A stretch of DNA of 64,000 nucleotides from Octopus vulgaris (Eukaryota). Location: positions 6,138,001 to 6,202,000 of the forward strand of contig OX597842.1 of the NCBI GenBank assembly GCA_951406725.2. The letters run 5' to 3'. Shown in pieces: positions 61,901 to 64,000 of this stretch. Position 1 is the stretch's first letter. Each line of letters opens with the position of its first letter. The position numbers were made by a program, and so were the translations under genes. Below the pieces are notes generated by a model, which saw only the letters and a program-made list of their open reading frames with translations, searched no databases and was not told where the DNA came from.

Positions 61901-62840
61901 AATTTCTGGAGTAAGGCCAAAAATAGCATTTCTTGTGTCGTGAACATAATATATGGGCAAATATATGTCCAAATACTCATACATAACATACAAAGCATTT
62001 TCATATTTACTCACATACAAATATTTGCACGTTTAGATCCAAGATAAGTCAATTTCAAATCTCGTCATGACAATCAACGTGTATAATACAAGAATAGCCA
62101 CACAGTAAATGTTATTCTGGTCAGGAGTAAAAATAATTTAGGGAGCTTGCTTCCTAGCTACATGGTTTCGGGTTCAGTCCCACTGTGTGGCACTTTGGGT
62201 AGGGTGTCTTCCACTATAGCCCCGAGTCGACCGAAGCTTTGTGATTGAATTCGGTAGGCGGGAGCTACTGCCGTGTGTGTATGTGTGCGTATAGCTGCTC
62301 AGTGCCTCTCCGAAAGAGAGAGAGGGTATTAATTCATAATAGAATATGAGGATAAAATCATGTGAATGAATTTTATCAGGTAGTCAGCAAGCTATGAAAA
62401 TTTACAGTCAATTTAGATATTAAATTAATAATAAAATATATATGCATACATACACACATACATACACACATACATACGTACATACATATATATGACGAAC
62501 TAACTGTTACTTTCTTAGATGCAGCACGGACTTTGTCAGTGAACAGGTCGCGGATTTTAGCGACGAAAATATTTTGACAAATTAAACTTAAATGTTGGAG
62601 TGAATCGAACGGCTTTTGTGTGTTTCTTAAATGGCTTATAAACACCTCCCACGCTGCAATTGTTTTTTCAGCACACGATCTCAGATCAAATTACTTGCTA
62701 TGCGAGTACATCTCCGTAAAAATATATATGTATATAATTATATTAAGAAGACAAGGGCAAGAATAGTCTATCCCCAGCATGCTTGAAGTGCCTTTACATT
62801 CAAAAACCTACTAAAGTCTCCACATAAATATACACATAAT
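58960..62840 (+). repeat. Old dispersed/tandem degenerate repeat family
   Basis: Recurring ccagcatgcttgnagtgc (about 59344, 61389, 62774) and aagaatag..ggagtaaaaataat (about 59108, 59893, 62090). Confidence 0.7.
59528..59762 (+). mobile_element. tRNA-derived SINE family B (also 51315-51481 and 61480-61686, minus strand)
   Basis: B box gagttcaaattcc followed by a Nin/Deu-like gcctttcatcctttcggggtcgataaa domain. Confidence 0.8.
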
Positions 62841-64000
62841 TACCCACTTACGTAAGTGTTTTAGGAGGGGGTGCTTAATTTCTGAAGATTCACTGGCGTC
62901 TACTTCAATTTATCTTTAACTTTCAAGAAAATGGATATTTCTTAATGAAAATCTCAACAAATATACCTTGGAATATTATTAGATTAGATTCACTTCTGTA
63001 AAAAGGTTTCTCAATGTCAACTTCTGCTATTGGCATAAAAACTGCGAAGTCTGTCCCTGCCTAATTTTAATGTTTTCATTTCAAGCCTCCGTGCCGGTGG
63101 CACGTAAAAGGCACCATCCATTCGTGGCCGTTGCCAGCCTCGCGTGGCACGTAAAAAGCACCATCCGATCGTGGCCGTTTGCCAGCCTCACCTGGTTCCC
63201 CCATGCCGGTGGCACGTAAAAAGCACCATCCGTCCGTGGCCGTTTGCCAGCTCCGTCTGGCACCTGTGCTAGTGGCACGTAAAAAGCACCCACTACACTC
63301 ACGGAGTGGTTGGCGTTAGGAAGGGCATCCAGCCGTAGAAACACTGCCAGATCAGACTGGACCTGATGCAGCCTTCTGGCTTCACAGACCCCAGTTGAAC
63401 CATCCAACCCATGCTAGCATGGAAAGCGGACGCTAAATGATGATGATACACGGTGATTGTCATGAGCGAATTTAAAACTGCCATATCTTTCATCTATACA
63501 TGCAGGTATTTGTATGTAGAAGAGTGAAAATGCTTGGTACAGTATGTACAATCAAAATTGACTTATCTTGGATCTATACATGCAAATATTTGTATGTAGA
63601 TGTGTGAACCTGCTTTGTATAGTATGTACAATTATTTAGTCTTATATTTTCCGGTGTATTGTGTATCATCCGCTAAATGATGATGATGATTTAATTCGCT
63701 ATTTCTAAACACCTACGATAAACTACTGAAACGATTATTTACTAAGTTCACAAATTTAAATATTCAGTACAAGGTAGTTTTCAATTTATGCTTCTATTTA
63801 TGCGATTTTTTCATTCCGTGTCCATCTCATTCACTGTTTGCAATATTTTCTCTCTCACACACACACACATCACATTAAAATTTTGCGATTCAACATGGGG
63901 CATTCAAAACATATGTGCATTATTTAACTGGAACTTGCACCCTTTGTTAATTTACATAAACATTTTTTTATTTTCTTTTTCATGCCATGTTCAGCTCTAT

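Overview
Eukaryotic, very AT-rich, repeat-dominated animal DNA, most likely an octopus. This is an inference from the tRNA-derived SINE families, RTE LINE tails ending in (GAT)n, and kb-long (TA)n tracts. The only host gene I can support is a + strand trypsin-like (S1A) serine protease. It has an exon at 4921-5045 (R|IIGG activation site), a 9.6-kb intron, and a last exon from 14603 to a stop at 15168. The middle of that exon is overwritten by (TA)n-like text, yet protease motif islands survive in order. The rest is SINEs, RTE/CR1/RLE LINE fragments, Tc1/mariner and hAT remnants, Penelope-like elements (PLEs; Neptune- and Naiad-type GIY-YIG) and microsatellites. The main unlabelled signal is about a dozen type-I hammerhead ribozyme (HHR) motifs from unrelated sequence families. 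Several look intact (24369, 28504, 53026, 55797), and many sit in the arms or loops of 90-bp to 3-kb fold-back elements; one has a 13-bp target-site duplication (TSD). All calls were made by eye, with no searches or folding programs run.
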